From: Planctomycetota bacterium
GTDB lineage: Bacteria; Planctomycetota; Brocadiia; Brocadiales; Brocadiaceae
DNA length: 21,078 nt
Reading direction: 5' to 3'
Assembly: GCA_016873165.1 (NCBI GenBank)
Contig: VGXV01000054.1
Span: 1-21,078, forward strand
Shown: piece by piece, positions 20,869-21,078 of the stretch
Position numbering within the stretch: the stretch's first letter is position 1
How the letters are laid out: each line of letters opens with the position of its first letter
Notes under the pieces: generated by a model
Databases searched by the model: none
The model's input: only the letters and a program-made list of their open reading frames with translations
What the model was told of the DNA's origin: nothing
Program-made: the position numbers and the translations under genes

Positions 20869-21078
20869 GGGAGCATTCCCAATTTTTTGTAAATCAAAAT
20901 AAAGCCGACCATAAAGGATCGGCGCTACTGTCACGTCAACCTTGCAATGTCGTAAATAGTGTGATATATTATCTTCATTTCAACCACAACCATTGGGGGA
21001 TTGAATATGAAGAAATACATCGTGACGCTTGCCAAAGACGAACGCGAAGCTCTTGGCAGACTTACTTCCAAGGGCAAG
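20869..21078 (+). mobile_element. Left end of an insertion sequence (continues beyond the window)
   Basis: It starts with the same GGGAGCATTCCCAATTTTTTGTAAATC... as the MITE, with 60 bp identical. A transposase ORF with a strong RBS follows 138 nt in. Confidence 0.75.
21007..21078 (+). CDS. Transposase, N-terminal 24 codons only (HTH-type N-terminus as seen in IS630-like transposases)
   Basis: The sequence is MKKYIVTLAKDEREALGRLTSKGK, preceded by GGGGGA 6 nt upstream. The K-Y-x-V-x-L-x3-E-R-x2-L-x2-L-x3-GK pattern is typical of IS630/Tc1-like transposase N-termini. The family is uncertain (see the rejected notes). Confidence 0.65.
   Translation, partial: MKKYIVTLAKDEREALGRLTSKGK

Noticed and set aside
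20869-21078. Assigning the IS firmly to the IS630 family
   Set aside because: The transposase N-terminus looks IS630-like and the full copy is preceded by TA. However, the MITE with identical ends has a clear 9-bp duplication (GTCTCCAAC), not the TA duplication expected for IS630/Tc1. The family is left open until the full transposase is seen.

Overview
AT-rich bacterial chromosomal window (about 40% G+C by eye). I found no rRNA, tRNA or CRISPR array. Layout: (A) 1-8968, all on the minus strand, looks like one operon. Its order is REC-GAF-PAS histidine kinase, sigma54 (NtrC-type) response regulator, B12-binding-type radical SAM protein, divergent FabF-family ketoacyl-ACP synthase, then a multi-TM GAF-PAS histidine kinase. 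That last gene runs off the left edge and is missing from the supplied ORF track. (B) 8969-9593 is a 625-bp divergent control region with repeats, a palindrome, a G9 tract and a possible Cys-rich small ORF. (C) 9594-11954 (+) encodes a REC/HD-GYP response regulator followed by a FadL/OMPP1-type outer-membrane channel. (D) 11.9-14.3 kb is a decaying accessory insert: a HicB-like gene, a GC-rich secreted serine hydrolase with a 140-bp MITE at its RBS, and a frameshifted duplicate of the FadL 3' end. (E) 14309-19672 (-) encodes a SAM-methyltransferase, PcrA/UvrD helicase, NifS/IscS-like protein, Uma2 endonuclease, IscU and TusA. (F) 19.7-21.1 kb holds a heptad-repeat coiled-coil gene, a nucleotidyltransferase pseudogene, and the left end of an IS that shares 60 bp with the MITE. 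The best candidate for a new system is the KAS plus radical SAM pair. Both have non-canonical catalytic motifs, they sit inside a dedicated sigma54 two-component circuit, and they lie back-to-back with the HD-GYP/FadL operon. This resembles the unproven fab-plus-radical-SAM ladderane-lipid candidate clusters of anammox Planctomycetes, but I cannot confirm lineage or homology without a database search. All family calls come from motif recognition in the translations, not from searches.
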